Source of the DNA: Trypanosoma brucei
Taxonomy: Eukaryota
Assembly (NCBI GenBank): GCA_000002445.1
Contig: CM000208.1
Span: 1,856,001 to 1,920,000, forward strand
Direction of reading: 5' to 3'
Length of the DNA: 64,000 nt
In this document: positions 1 through 11,585 of the stretch, in pieces
Numbering within the stretch: the stretch's first letter is position 1
Layout: every line of letters starts with the position of its first letter
The notes under the pieces: generated by a model
The model's database searches: none
What the model saw: the letters and a program-made list of their open reading frames with translations, nothing else
Told to the model about the DNA's origin: nothing
Made by a program: the position numbers and the translations under genes

Positions 1-1311
1 AACAACGCCCACACGATCCAAACCGCGGCGCCCCGCACGACCGGACATTTGGATGTATTCACCACCTGTGAGGTACCGGTTTGTCTCCCCATCAAACTTT
101 TTAACGGAAGTGAAGACAACTGTGCGGGCGGGCATGTTTAGCCCCATCGAAAAAGTTTCAGTGGAGAACAGCACCTTTACAAGGCCCGCCTGAAAAAGTA
201 TTTCCACGACCTCCTTCAAAATCGGCAACAAACCTGAGTGATGAATCCCAACACCACGTTTCAGCAGCGGCAGTAGGTGTTCAATCGCTGGGAGTTTCCT
301 GTCCTCAGTCGCAAGGCACTCCATCGCATTGTTGAACACCTCCGTAACAAGCGCATCCTCTTCCGTATTATTAAAATTTAGCTTGGAAAGGGCTAGTGCG
401 TTACGCTCACATTCAGCTTTCGCAAATGAAAAAACAATAATAGGGTACATGTTGCGGTTCATCACGAGCTTGATAATCTCCATAATGGGCTCTGTTGACT
501 TCCGCATTGACCTTTGCTTCCCACGCGAAGCGGCCGCAACCTCTGTTGACTCCGCACCATTGGCATCACCACCTTTATTACCAGCACCAACTGATGCCAT
601 AGCACGCCTGAAATTGTCTTCACGAAATTTTCCGAGCTCGTCGACAATTAGAAATATACCATCGGCACCACATGGGTACACGTAGTGATGCAGCGGGACC
701 GGCCGATAATCAGTGTGAATTACATGCACCTTGGTGCCGGGGTGAATACTCTCGACCCATTCCGCAAACTCCCTGGCATTTGGAATAGTTGCCGAAAGGA
801 AAACGTACTGGCAGCCCTCGGGCAACAAACTTATAGTCTCCTCCCACACCACCCCGCGTGACTTGTCCCTCATGTAGTGTACCTCGTCGAATACAACGCA
901 CCCAACCTCACGAAGCATCTCAGTTCCGCGGTACAGCATACTGCGCAGAATCTCTGTGGTCATGACTAAGCAGTCCGAATCTACTTTTATGGTTGTATCG
1001 CCCGTCATAAGCCCGACGGAGTCAAACTTGTCTGTGAATTCTCTGAACTTCTGATTGCTGAGCGCCTTGATAGGTGAAGTGTAAATAACTCGCTTTTTCT
1101 CCCGCACTGCTTTGGCGATGGCGTAAAGCGCCACTGTCGTCTTTCCAGCGGAGGTATGGGCAGACACAAGAACACTGTCGCCGTTCTCAAGCGCATTTAT
1201 GCTATCCCTCTGGAACGCGTCCAACTCGTACGGAAACGTCATGGCGGGAACGGTCTCGTGCCGGCATCGCTTCACACACGGCTCACCATCCACGGGTATG
1301 TCATCCTGCAT
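1..1311 (-). CDS. MTR4: MTR4 / Ski2-like DExH-box RNA helicase (exosome cofactor), N-terminal ~437 codons. The frame is open to the window edge, so the gene continues beyond position 1. It is not in the ORF track because there is no stop in the window.
   Basis: Manual reverse-strand translation from ATG at 1311: [68 protein letters not shown]...[52 protein letters not shown]...[14 protein letters not shown]...[81 protein letters not shown]. Motifs I (AHTSAGKT), II (DEVH) and III (SAT), plus the HHSGLLP and [10 protein letters not shown] blocks, are diagnostic for Mtr4/Ski2. Every 60-nt block from 1311 down to 1 was checked and contains no stop. Confidence 0.9.
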   Translation of the reverse strand, partial: MQDDIPVDGEPCVKRCRHETVPAMTFPYELDAFQRDSINALENGDSVLVSAHTSAGKTTVALYAIAKAVREKKRVIYTSPIKALSNQKFREFTDKFDSVGLMTGDTTIKVDSDCLVMTTEILRSMLYRGTEMLREVGCVVFDEVHYMRDKSRGVVWEETISLLPEGCQYVFLSATIPNAREFAEWVESIHPGTKVHVIHTDYRPVPLHHYVYPCGADGIFLIVDELGKFREDNFRRAMASVGAGNKGGDANGAESTEVAAASRGKQRSMRKSTEPIMEIIKLVMNRNMYPIIVFSFAKAECERNALALSKLNFNNTEEDALVTEVFNNAMECLATEDRKLPAIEHLLPLLKRGVGIHHSGLLPILKEVVEILFQAGLVKVLFSTETFSMGLNMPARTVVFTSVKKFDGETNRYLTGGEYIQMSGRAGRRGLDRVGVV

Positions 1312-1534
1312 ATTCTTTGGTATTCCTTCCTGTGAGTGCTATTAGATCGGGGGGGGGGGTAAAATTTAAATAAGACAACATAGAACCTGAAAACACAGAG
1401 ACACCGAAAGCGTGCTACGCAGCCACACCTCTCCTGAAGATGGAGAGTGCGACATGGCAATATATGACCTCGGATATGGGCTCCTGCAGATTATGAGCTA
1501 AGCAACTGTACGAATGTGGTGTTACGTAATGTTG

Positions 1535-2293
1535 TTACTCGATGTTACCTAAATTCGCTTGCAATCGGAGAACCGTAGCGGCGTGCTCCTCCAGCGGACC
1601 CCGAAGCGCGGTTTCAAACACGTCAGTCGAGGCTTTCTGCGCCACTTTTACAAGTCTGGTAATTACTTCCGGCGCGAGACGGCTATTCGACTCCATCCAC
1701 ACTATGTTAGTGGGATCGTGTCCCTGCACCGTTATGCATATAGAGGGGCATTGCGAGTGTATTTCCTCTGTGGTGAGGTCCACAACGTCAAAGCCCTCTA
1801 TCAGCCCCACTGTTTGCGTGTACACAACATCCTTCATGGCAATGCTTGCATCGATAAGGGCCAAACACGCTGCATTGATACAAGCAGCCTTGTCACTACC
1901 ATCCTGTTTAAGCACCTCAATGCAAATGTGAATCTGTGAGTTTGGATACTGCGATAACAACACAACAGAGCGAGCAACATCCAGTACTGATGCGCTAATA
2001 TCCTCAGAGAGCCTTGAGTACCGCTGCTGTTCGCGCCTGCGCTCTCCGGCGAAGGCAGCGACAACAACATCACAGGTTATTGTCACCTCATTATATTTCC
2101 CCTCCAAGCGGTTGGAAACTTCCCTGGGACCGTAAACAGTGGCACAGACATGCGATAGTCCACTCACCACCGTACAGCAGCCGTCGCAGCCTGAAATCTT
2201 CCCGAACTCTAACGCTAGCCGCCGCGGCTCGTTTGGTCGGCGCCCGTCCAAGCGTAGCCCAGCGGGATTGATGTACTCCTTAATCACAGGCAT
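1535..2293 (-). CDS. RNA exosome RNase PH-like subunit (RRP41/RRP46 family; RRP41A-like), 252 aa
   Basis: ORF-track protein starts MPVIKEYINPAGLRLDGRRPNEPRRLALEFG..., the typical N-terminal signature of RNase PH-domain exosome subunits. It lies immediately upstream of MTR4 on the same strand. Confidence 0.7.
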   Translation of the reverse strand: MPVIKEYINPAGLRLDGRRPNEPRRLALEFGKISGCDGCCTVVSGLSHVCATVYGPREVSNRLEGKYNEVTITCDVVVAAFAGERRREQQRYSRLSEDISASVLDVARSVVLLSQYPNSQIHICIEVLKQDGSDKAACINAACLALIDASIAMKDVVYTQTVGLIEGFDVVDLTTEEIHSQCPSICITVQGHDPTNIVWMESNSRLAPEVITRLVKVAQKASTDVFETALRGPLEEHAATVLRLQANLGNIE

Positions 2294-3349
2294 ACACCTT
2301 CACAGCAAAGAAGCACCACTCTAGTTGTCCCCCTCCTTACAACACACAAGCGATTCAGTAAACACGACGAAGCAAAAAAAAGGAACGATGTGAATAACCA
2401 CCAGCAAAGGGGGGGGGACAAAACGGCAGCCGAGTCGAAAATGACGAATAAACAGATATACCTACAGTATCACTGGCACCATTCATAGCCAGGGAACTGC
2501 CATCTCACCCCCTCCACACTAGGCCCCCACGCTAACGACACATCCGCTCACGCAAATCTCTCCACAGAAGACCCCGTGCTCACTCGAGAAAAACACAGAG
2601 GACCTCTCAAATTCCGAGAATAGTGCGGTGATATACACTCCAAACTCCTGACAAATCGCATTGTGCATCACAACCTTTAGTGGAAGAATTATGACACCAC
2701 AAAATAGGGCGTCCAACTGCGTGCACAACCCACATGAGCGCGTGGAAGAAAGCTCAAAGGGAAGCAGAGAGCATTTACGCACTGGCAGTGGTCTCACCCA
2801 TGATAATTTGCAGAAAAAAACGGTACTTGGTGCAACCCCACCATCTTGCTCACAGCAGTGAGCGATACAGCAACAAACCAACCACAGTTCCTCAGCATAT
2901 ACTACACCGTTTAAACACGTTGGACACCTAACATTCAATGTCGCCATGGTAGGTGGTGGTTTTGCGTTGTCGCGGAATGCAGGCGTCTACCACACAAACG
3001 GGTAGAGAAAGCGAGTAACATGGGCCGTCTGAGCTTTCGAGAACGCACAACCACAGCACAATCGATGTCGATTCACGATTGCAAGAAAGGAACAACCCCC
3101 GGTGTTGCACACCCCATCACTTGAAGCAACAAACATCGGAAGAGACCAAGTGAAGGGTTCGAATTGATCTACTCACAGCAGCAACGAGAACAGCGTGCTC
3201 ACCAATGCCTCTGAAGTCCAAGCAGGAGATTATTTAGTTACCAAAAGTTGAGTGTAAGAAAGGAACGAGATAGGGAACAAACAAAAGGGAGAAAAGAATA
3301 ACCGCCCTAGCGACGGAACAAACTCCCACCCCCTTTGGAAGCGGTCACA

Positions 3350-3703
3350 TCAATCCTCGGCCTTGACCTCCGCAGAAGCACTGGCAATATTGCGGCTATA
3401 TTCCGCCTTCATCTCACGTCGTCGCTTCCGCCGCTCTAGCGCCCTACGATCTCTGGTCTCATCGTACACCGACACTCTAAGATGTCTATCCCTGTCCACC
3501 TTAAAGTCATGCAACGCCTCCAGGGCAGCTGATGCGGCCTCGCACAGCTCATATACAACAATAGCACACCCTTTCGTGGAAGCGTCGCTCCCTATTCGTA
3601 ACTGCTGGATTGTACCGTAGTTTCCAAATACCTTGTAAAGTTCCTCACCACGACACAGCTTTGTGGGAATCCCCGTTACAAGGAGAATTCGCTCATCGGA
3701 CAT
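3350..3703 (-). CDS. SF3b14/p14-like RRM protein (pre-mRNA branch-site protein p14, putative). The start is trimmed to the internal Met (MSDERILLVTG...); the ORF track extends to 3859 but the upstream part looks non-coding.
   Basis: Single RRM: ILLVTGIPTKLCRGEELYKVFGNYGTIQQLRIGSDASTKGCAIVVYELCEAASAALEALHDFKVDRDRHLRVSVY. This resembles the SF3B6/p14 RRM (RNP2 LxVxNLP, RNP1 KGxAxVVYE). A basic C-terminal tail follows. ATG at 3703 verified. Confidence 0.55.
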   Translation of the reverse strand: MSDERILLVTGIPTKLCRGEELYKVFGNYGTIQQLRIGSDASTKGCAIVVYELCEAASAALEALHDFKVDRDRHLRVSVYDETRDRRALERRKRRREMKAEYSRNIASASAEVKAED

Positions 3704-4440
3704 TCGCTCTCGAATACCTTCAAGGAAATCTGAAACCAATAGAATTAGAATGAGAGAATTAAGACGCTGAGACATTAGGGGAAATATTCTCCAGAGGGGC
3801 ATCAAATGTGTTGGAGAGGGGCCACCCAGGGATCCCTCATGTTCTTTCCTATAGCGCACTACGCAGGTTCACTATACCCATCAACCTGGATATACTTTGC
3901 GAGGTGCCACCATCAGATGTGTATTAGTGAACTGGTTCACCAATACCCGCAAGTTCCCACACATACACATAGGGTGCGTTGGCAACCTGCAGCGCATATC
4001 GCCTTGGTGCTGAGCAAGTTTCCATGCCCTGAACTTCACTTACACCTTGTCGAGGTTTGCATCATCCGAAATGGTCACACCTTGCCCCCGAACCTCACTT
4101 AGTTTCCATCGCAGCAGTAGCGAACTCATACATAGAGTGGTAGCCTCGATCAGACCGCGATCAGCAGCTAGCTTGCATGACCGATAGGGGAAGTGGGGAA
4201 GCAGTCGACATGATCTCCCTGTAATCACAACCTACAGGAATCATTTTTCAGGCATGCAAAGGGTTAGTTGGTTGTTCAGGGATTTTCTGAGTGCTCATGT
4301 AAAATCCCCATTGCTTCTTGCCCCATACCCCCTTTTCTGCAAATCGAAATCTGACAATTTCGACATGACAGTCCGTTGTCAACGTACCAACCAGTGACGA
4401 AGGCCGCTTCACGGAAACCAGTCAGCTATGGCACTCGAGA

Positions 4441-5031
4441 TCAGAACAACAGTTCGGATAAAGAAGAGATGCTCGTCATCGCTGAACCCGTTGCACTGGA
4501 ACCCACCAGAACAACGTTGGGTAAGACAAGACTTAAAAATTCCGCCTGTGCAGAGTCATGTGTAACTAGAATAGCCGGTTTGATTTGCCGACTAAACGCC
4601 TCATACCCCTTTTCCGTTTCGCAGAAAAGAATATTATGTCGTGCGAGTTGCGGTATATCCTTCACCATCGAAAGAACCTTACCTTTCTCATTAGCATTGC
4701 TAATGTGACACATAAGATAAACGATCATATTGGATGATAATGCCAGAAGCGTTTCCTTAGCGCAATCCCTCCATTCGTGTTTCTCCACCAAAGTCTCCCA
4801 AGAAATACAGATTGTACGGCCACTGAACTCTCCCAGGTGAATCCTTCTAAGGAAAGAGGCTCCATGCTTCTTTGGAGTTGGTGGTGGTGACTCACGTCGT
4901 CGGTCCTGATGGTCGTTTCTCGTCAGAAACATATAAAATGAGACAGCACCGACAAAAACAGTGATGGCCATTAAGGCATTTGAGTCGAGCATTTCGTTCC
5001 ATATAGTTTCAAACAGAGGTTTGCGATGCAT
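4441..5031 (-). CDS. Hypothetical membrane protein (196 aa) with a single N-proximal transmembrane helix, suggesting type II topology.
   Basis: ORF in the same orientation as the flanking genes. Hydrophobic segment ALMAITVFVGAVSFYMFLT. No recognisable catalytic motif. Confidence 0.35.
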   Translation of the reverse strand: MHRKPLFETIWNEMLDSNALMAITVFVGAVSFYMFLTRNDHQDRRRESPPPTPKKHGASFLRRIHLGEFSGRTICISWETLVEKHEWRDCAKETLLALSSNMIVYLMCHISNANEKGKVLSMVKDIPQLARHNILFCETEKGYEAFSRQIKPAILVTHDSAQAEFLSLVLPNVVLVGSSATGSAMTSISSLSELLF

Positions 5032-5242
5032 ATATATATCGTGTTAAAGCAACCCTATCCTTCTTCTGTCTCTTATTATCGCTGGGACGATAAGAAGCCA
5101 AGGGAAATGATATACAATATGTGGAAGAAGCAAATAAAAAATAATCTGCAAAAGTAAAGCTGCCTTCTGCCAGCTGGAAGCGCGGAAACAAAGAAAGAAA
5201 CTTAGCAAAACTTCGACAAGGTGCCGCACAACCGTGCCATGG

Positions 5243-7378
5243 TCAAGCTTCGTAGACGTAGATGTCGGGTCTGCTCCCCCGAGATATCAATCCTTTGTTG
5301 ATAAGTATCTCCAAATTTTGTTTGATATGGGCCATCACCGGCGTGATCCTGCTTCCCTTTAGAGCCTCAGCCACTTGGGTAAACATTTCACCGTGAGAAA
5401 GAGTTTTGTTACGTTTCACTATTTGCATCAACACTGCTTGGATACTCTCTGCATGAGTAGTCTCTGACGCCACCTGAGTAACCCGCACCTCCGCACTAGC
5501 TTTCACTGTTCTGTTTCCACCTACATTTCCTATCCGAAGCTTTGTCCTGTGGTGCGCAAAATGCTTATTGAATATGAATCGTGACAGCCCACCGGAGGGA
5601 ACATTACTAATCAAACCAGTGTTTACAAGAGCCTCCAGCTGAGGCAACACATCCGTCTCAATCATTTTCGTCTTGTTGCAAATGTCTTTTACTGTCAGTG
5701 GTTCGTCGATACCGCCACAGCTCTGAAAGCAAAGTATAGTGTTCACGAAAGACGTTGGTGCTGCGAGCTCATACACTTCCTTGTGGTTAAGTGTAAAGCA
5801 TATCGTCCCACAACCGGTGTGGAAACTAAGAACCCTGCCATTGTGATGAGGAATATAATACGCCTGAAACAAACTCACACACTGCTGCATGCATTCGGGA
5901 AGGTTAATCTCGAAGCCGGGATAGATTGGCCACACACCTGCGGTGATAACCGTGACATCAAAACTCAACGGTAACTGGACGTCTGGAGAAAGAGAACTGA
6001 GGAAACCTCTGTTTATTTCAGTCCGCATCCTACCGTCCTTAATCATGACGTCAAGATGGTTAGCGACAGAGTCTCCACATTCACTCCGAAGATGCTCAAC
6101 GAAGATAATTTCATGTACAAGTGAATCGTTTGGCTTACAGTTGATGAGCCTTGCCGCCAGAAGCAGCTTAAAGGTTTGCTCAAATGATTCCTTTGATCTG
6201 AGAAGTCGATAAAGACTGAAGGTATCAGCAGCCACTTGATCCATCGAATCGTGTGTACCCCTTGATCTGGCTTTGACATCGTAATAATACGCCAGTTTCG
6301 TTGAAAAATCAGGGCATTCATTCACAATTTCTGCAAGGGCCCGTACTATTGGCGGTTTGTCACCTCTTAATGCACCAGGAAGCTTCTCCACGAGTTGTTG
6401 GAGATTGTTTCTCAGAGTTAACACTTTCCCCACGGCTGCCACAGGGTCTTCATTCTCAACTTCACTCAGCAGTTCACAACCCACTGCCTTCGTAGTTGAA
6501 ATCAACATCTCCAAAAGGGCATCGGTTTCACCAACCGTTACGAGAGCATCAGCCAGCCTTCCCAAAGATGCTGAGTTCATTTTCCTGACCATAGTTGAGC
6601 CGCCACCCGAACAGCTGTAGAGGAGCTTTTGCGTATTTTCTTTGATAAGCAACCCTCTCATGTGCTGCCTGACTGCCTGATCCATACTGTCACCAACAAG
6701 CTTAGAGACATCAGACTGTACCTGACCAACCGTAGTCAGAGCCCAGGTAAGATAGCCGTCAACATCTAAGGAGTCTAGCTTCAGTTCCATTTCCCCCTTA
6801 TACTTCGCCGTCAAAACTTCAAGGAGGGGCCGCTCCACAAGGGGTTCAAAGATTGTGTCCCTGTATAACTCACGAAGTTTGCTAGTCAAACACTTCAAGG
6901 ACTTCTGAGATGCAAAGCCAAACTCCAGGCTTTGGCGAACACTGCTGACGAAAGTGTTGGAGATAACTTCATTTTTCAGCACTCCTGCGTAAAAAAGACT
7001 CTCTCCCATCTGTGAAATTGTTTTCTGGTTGTTTGTATAATTTTTATCGAGGTAAAACAGTGCATCACTGATGCGACGAAGCGCAGCGCTAAAATCTTCC
7101 CACTGAGTTTCAAGATCTTGAAGAAGAGCGGAGTCAGTCGACGTGAGCAATTGCTCACGTATAATTGTGACCTCTTTTGAAAGTGCATGGTGGAGAAGAT
7201 CAAAAAGAGTACCACTCCGCTGAGTTTGGCACATCTGAAAAACTGAATGGTGAACCTGTTGAAAGGAGTATTTCGATAACGATTTTTTGAATATAGCATT
7301 AACGGCATCACTGATCACGCACCATTTCTCCTCGGTTGACACATCATGAAGCAACAGCGCAGCGTCCAACATCAGCAA
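5243..7378 (-). CDS. Cullin family protein (711 aa)
   Basis: Cullin-homology domain and C-terminal neddylation/winged-helix region (...VMAHIKQNLEILINKGLISRGSRPDIYVYEA). The length is typical of cullins. Confidence 0.8.
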   Translation of the reverse strand: MLMLDAALLLHDVSTEEKWCVISDAVNAIFKKSLSKYSFQQVHHSVFQMCQTQRSGTLFDLLHHALSKEVTIIREQLLTSTDSALLQDLETQWEDFSAALRRISDALFYLDKNYTNNQKTISQMGESLFYAGVLKNEVISNTFVSSVRQSLEFGFASQKSLKCLTSKLRELYRDTIFEPLVERPLLEVLTAKYKGEMELKLDSLDVDGYLTWALTTVGQVQSDVSKLVGDSMDQAVRQHMRGLLIKENTQKLLYSCSGGGSTMVRKMNSASLGRLADALVTVGETDALLEMLISTTKAVGCELLSEVENEDPVAAVGKVLTLRNNLQQLVEKLPGALRGDKPPIVRALAEIVNECPDFSTKLAYYYDVKARSRGTHDSMDQVAADTFSLYRLLRSKESFEQTFKLLLAARLINCKPNDSLVHEIIFVEHLRSECGDSVANHLDVMIKDGRMRTEINRGFLSSLSPDVQLPLSFDVTVITAGVWPIYPGFEINLPECMQQCVSLFQAYYIPHHNGRVLSFHTGCGTICFTLNHKEVYELAAPTSFVNTILCFQSCGGIDEPLTVKDICNKTKMIETDVLPQLEALVNTGLISNVPSGGLSRFIFNKHFAHHRTKLRIGNVGGNRTVKASAEVRVTQVASETTHAESIQAVLMQIVKRNKTLSHGEMFTQVAEALKGSRITPVMAHIKQNLEILINKGLISRGSRPDIYVYEA

Positions 7379-7695
7379 ACCCCTACTCTATATATCTGTC
7401 ACAATGTTAACAGGAAGAGAAGTAACCTAAACAACCGAGAAACAGAAATAGCAGAACGTTCACAGGACTTGGACTAGAGGGGCCGCACACAAGGCGCCTT
7501 TATTAGTCGATCACCTTAAAATATCGTGAATAAGTTAGTTCCCTCCTTTTATTATTACCTGTTCGCCACTTAATTTTTTCTCGAAATGTTGTGTCGTAGG
7601 CCGTTTCATTTAGCCTCCATTTTCTTTCCTTTCCTCATCCATAACTTTCGATCAACATTGCACATTATATCATTCCGTTCTTATTCACAACATTA

Positions 7696-8598
7696 TTATT
7701 GTTGTACTGCTTTCTTCATAGAGCGATACACCCCTACGACAACTGCGTGGTCTCTTTCAAACGGTTCCAGTGAGGCTTGCTCCAGTGGCTTCAGACGGTC
7801 CTTTCTCAACTTATCAAGTTCAGCTGCGATAACCACGGGAGCATCGAGGGTTGAGTCGATACAGTTGGCTTTGATAGAAATTACGTAATGACCACCATTC
7901 TTAAGAAATGCCTGAGCATTTAACGCGAGAATCCGGGCCTGATCAGGTTGGGCAACATCCATGAAAATGCAGTCCACCATCGGCATCAGCATACGGTATT
8001 TCATTGGGTAACGAGCGTCCTCTATTATAGGAACGATGTTAGGCCTTCTCTTCGACATATCAACGAGGTCACGACCACTTCGGTTGGAGAACTCTACCGC
8101 GTAAACCATTCCTTCAGGTCCAACAAGATCGCTCACGTGGCTCACAGTCGTGCCGCTGGCGGCCCCCAGGTACAACACCTTTGAGCCAGGTTTCATGTGG
8201 ATGCTCCCTACTCCCGCATAAATGGCGGCAGCAAGCTTTGACCGGTATGGATTCCAAAGCCGATACTCCTTTTTCTCGTCACCACTCTGTGTTGCCCCTA
8301 CTTCTACACGCTTTTCCCCGTATACTGACACTCCAGGAACCATATTAAGCGTGCATAGTGAATCCGCTTTACCCTTAGAAATAAAGACACCGGGATGCAA
8401 CAAATGGGGTTCAACGACAACTTTGGCTCCAGCACCCCCACCACGACCCCCTCCACCACGGCCACCGCGGCCGTGGGGTCCAGCGTTACCGCCCCTTCCA
8501 CCTCCTCGTCCAGCGCCACCCCGACCACGGCTTGGTGCACCGCCACCTCTTCCGCCTCGGAATCCACTACCGCCTCCACGTCCAAACCCACCTCGCAT
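7696..8598 (-). CDS. NOP1: Fibrillarin (NOP1), rRNA 2'-O-methyltransferase, 300 aa
   Basis: N-terminal GAR domain ([18 protein letters not shown]...). It is followed by [19 protein letters not shown]...[20 protein letters not shown]...[34 protein letters not shown], which is an unambiguous fibrillarin. Confidence 0.95.
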   Translation of the reverse strand: MRGGFGRGGGSGFRGGRGGGAPSRGRGGAGRGGGRGGNAGPHGRGGRGGGGRGGGAGAKVVVEPHLLHPGVFISKGKADSLCTLNMVPGVSVYGEKRVEVGATQSGDEKKEYRLWNPYRSKLAAAIYAGVGSIHMKPGSKVLYLGAASGTTVSHVSDLVGPEGMVYAVEFSNRSGRDLVDMSKRRPNIVPIIEDARYPMKYRMLMPMVDCIFMDVAQPDQARILALNAQAFLKNGGHYVISIKANCIDSTLDAPVVIAAELDKLRKDRLKPLEQASLEPFERDHAVVVGVYRSMKKAVQQ

Positions 8599-11345
8599 TT
8601 TTGTCCTTCCTAAATGACATAAACAAAGTTCGTGAACGATCGCAGAGACAAATAGAGCAGGTGCCGATTAATCGAGGTTTCATACGAATGTTTTTTTTAA
8701 AAAAAAAAAAAGGACTCAACGTAATAATTAAAAAAAGACGGTAATGCAGGTACTCTGAAATGTCGTCCTCGTCGTGACGAAACCGTTCAAAAGTATGTAA
8801 GGATTTAAATACATATGCCTCCGCTCACACATGCGACTAGTTTCAGCGACAAAGTGGATAGAAACGAGATGAACAGCTGATCCCTCATATATTTAGGGAC
8901 CCACCTTTAAAAATAAAAAAACTCCCTGTTCAAGGTGTGCTTGTACCGTACAAAGACCAGTGTTCTCATATAATACCTACCAATCCGCAAACTGATAGAC
9001 TCATCATTCCCAACGATGTTCCACAAAACGATAATGAAAATAGTCAGCGTAGGAAACAACGAAAAGCTCCTAGAAGGGGATCCTCATCTCCCACGGTTGT
9101 AACATAAAGAAAACAAGGTTAGTGGCTGTTCACAAATCCCTCATGAACGTTTCTTCTTTACGCACTCCGAAAAAAAAAACAGTTGACAGGTTAAGCATAA
9201 ACGCGAGACTAAAAGAAGTCAAAAATTCAACCTCGTTTTTTTTTTCTCACACCCCACTCTGCACTAAATATTCCTTGCAAACCTGAGTCACGGTAGTTTC
9301 ACGCTTTGAGCAAGGCTCACATTGAACAAAGCTGGAACTCCCTCCGTCAAGGGGGGGGAAATACTCTTGGAACTCTTTCACACGTGCACAACAAACAGCA
9401 GCCTTCCCTTTCGACACATCGTACCCTAAGTGGAAGGAGGCGGTGTGAAAAACCTCCTGTAAATAGCTTTCTAGCTTCGTGGCACGTAGTATACATGTTT
9501 AAGATCAAATAGCAACAATGAGACAGAAAACAATACCTCATCATACACACCTTTGAGGAGACTCTCTCTAAAACTCTCCCACAGTGTGTTAGATCATCTA
9601 GACGGGTTCTTGTTTAAATCCAGAAATGGTATGACAACGCAGGTACAATACTCTTTTGGTGAAGAGAACAAGACGGTATAAAACTGCACGGAGAAAACCG
9701 TATACTGGTACCTCGAACCTGCCCCATCCTTACTCAGAACGCTCACAGTGAAGAGACGGGGCTGCCATTGAAGCGCCCTTATGAAATGCCGTTCTACAAT
9801 GGAACACGAAACTGACGAGTCTTATGGGAAGGGGTGCAGTTACTCAACGGATATCCTCAGTTATTCAAAGAAAGGGGGAAACTGCTGGTCCTCCCCGAGG
9901 CCTCCCTTTGGCACTTAAGGCATAAAAGACACACTAAGAGATGACATTAACAGACCCAGGAGCGGAGGTACGCTCGGTGCGGAAGCGACGACAGCTTCAA
10001 GTCAAAGTCATGAGTACACGGCATCCGGTAGCGCGGAAATAGGTACACCGCCCCGCGGAAGACCCACTCCCTTAGAGTCAAACGAAAGAACCCCTTCACA
10101 ACCGCTTAACCACCCCTACCCCATTACCCACGGCAACTGAACCACACGTTTACACGCCCACGCACATGTGCATCCACCGCCAGCCCCGGGACACACCGCA
10201 ATGCACGAACAAACCAGAGAAGGGCAGCGACTAGAGCAGACCACTGGGGAGCAAAGACACCCGCAGCACCAGAAATCCAGTTCAAGCCTTCGTGCCCAAA
10301 AGAACGAGATTCTGATAACAGTCAGACACTGACAAACTGACGCGGAACATGAACCGGTGCCGTAGCGATGCAGCACCAACCGAACCGACGTGCCAATCGC
10401 CGCCGACCTATCGCAACCAAACAACAGCCTGGCAACCTGACGCTCCGCTTACGGAAACAGAACTATCCTTCTTTCGGTGATGGAACGGGGGTCAGACATG
10501 AGAGCGTCAAGGTCGAGAGGAGGCAACCAACGTCAATGACCGAAAACAGACACGGCGCAGCAAGCCCCGCCCACCCACAGTCCAGCAAAGCAAATACCGC
10601 TCCCCAGCAGCAAGTGCCGATTAAAGGATCAAACAAGCATCTATTTCTACAATTTTCTATCCTTTTCAAAAATACGTTGTGGTTCATACAAATGTGAGGT
10701 GTAACGTAAACCGACGGCACCGGTTAATTCCAGCCGGCAGGCTCGTACCCAATGGAAGGGATATGGAGAAAATTAGAAAAGTAAAAATGTTTTGAAATAT
10801 GTCTTTCGAACCTCTTACATAGCTACGAAGGCAGTTGCAGAAACCGACGAGGACGGCGTTTATCTTGTTTTGTTTCCTAAAAATAAAAACGTTATTTTGT
10901 TAGATTGTAGCCTGTTTCTATGGGTATTTTGGCTTTCCAGGGGGCAAGCCTTGCGCAGGGAGGTGTGAACGCAAGATCCTCAGGTGATTGTTCACTAGTG
11001 CAATACTATATCCGGTACTCCTTCGGGGAAAGTTTGCTACCCACCACGGGTGGGAGGTCCTTTTTCGTCTGCGGACAGATGCAGTTTCTTTTTTCTTACG
11101 GGCTGCCTTGTGAATGCTGCGGCCCTAAAAGGCGAGTGACGCATATGGCCATTAACTGGACAAAGTGTAAGAGCTGAGCTGGGCCACACCCTTCCTCCCA
11201 TTGTACACCCCTCTTTCAGCATTTCGAGCTCCAACTGAAGCCGTGACTGTTTCCGTTAAGTTTTTCCACTTTTCCCCACAGTGCACAGGCAGTCTCTACA
11301 CAGCGTGTCAACATCGGTTTCGCTGAAGAGAAAACTGCCTCTGCG

Positions 11346-11440
11346 AAAAAAAAAATTTTGACCGTTAGTTGGGAAACCCTACCTTTTTTAACACCCCCAC
11401 TGTGTATAGTTTACCGCGGCCACCGGCGAAGGCCGACCGC
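11346..11440 (-). ncRNA. Candidate small Pol III transcript, divergent from tRNA-Gly and ending in a T10 run. Identity unknown.
   Basis: Minus-strand sequence ...GGCCGCGGTAAACTATACACAGTGGGGGTGTTAAAAAAGGTAGGGTTTCCCAACTAACGGTCAAAATTTTTTTTTT lies about 75-170 bp upstream of tRNA-Gly, in the opposite orientation. That is the tRNA-companion arrangement used by trypanosomatid snRNA/7SL genes. No U6/U2/U1 signature motif was found. Confidence 0.15.
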
Positions 11441-11514
11441 TCCGACGCCCTTGCAGTAGTATGAAGAAGTAAAAAATAAGTTCTGACAAATTTTATCCCC
11501 TGTACCGCGTCGAA

Positions 11515-11585
11515 GCGCAGTTGGTCTAGTGGTAGAATTCTCGCCTGCCACGCGGGAGGCCCGGGTTCGATTCCCGGACTGCGCA
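11515..11585 (+). tRNA. tRNA-Gly (anticodon GCC)
   Basis: GCGCAGTTGGTCTAGTGGTAGAATTCTCGCCTGCCACGCGGGAGGCCCGGGTTCGATTCCCGGACTGCGCA folds as a cloverleaf with anticodon loop CTGCCAC. It is near-identical to the eukaryotic tRNA-Gly-GCC consensus. TTTT follows 3 nt downstream. Confidence 0.9.

Noticed and set aside
329-685. Plus-strand ORF (118 aa) at the left end, and similar small ORFs at 710-901 and 1005-1196
   Set aside because: They lie antisense to, or out of frame with, the verified MTR4 reading frame, which is continuous from 1311 to 1. They have low-complexity composition.
8222-8617. Pro/Ala-rich 131-aa plus-strand ORF, and Val/Ala-rich ORFs at 8304-8591 and 8395-8613
   Set aside because: These are antisense or frame-shifted read-through of the Gly/Arg-rich (GGN/CGN codon) GAR domain of fibrillarin. 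Low-complexity artefacts.
10116-10424. Cys-rich 102-aa minus-strand ORF in the ORF-free region near tRNA-Gly
   Set aside because: It sits in a GC-rich low-complexity stretch and has no domain signature. It is much shorter than neighbouring genes and has no supporting upstream poly-pyrimidine/AG context that I could see.
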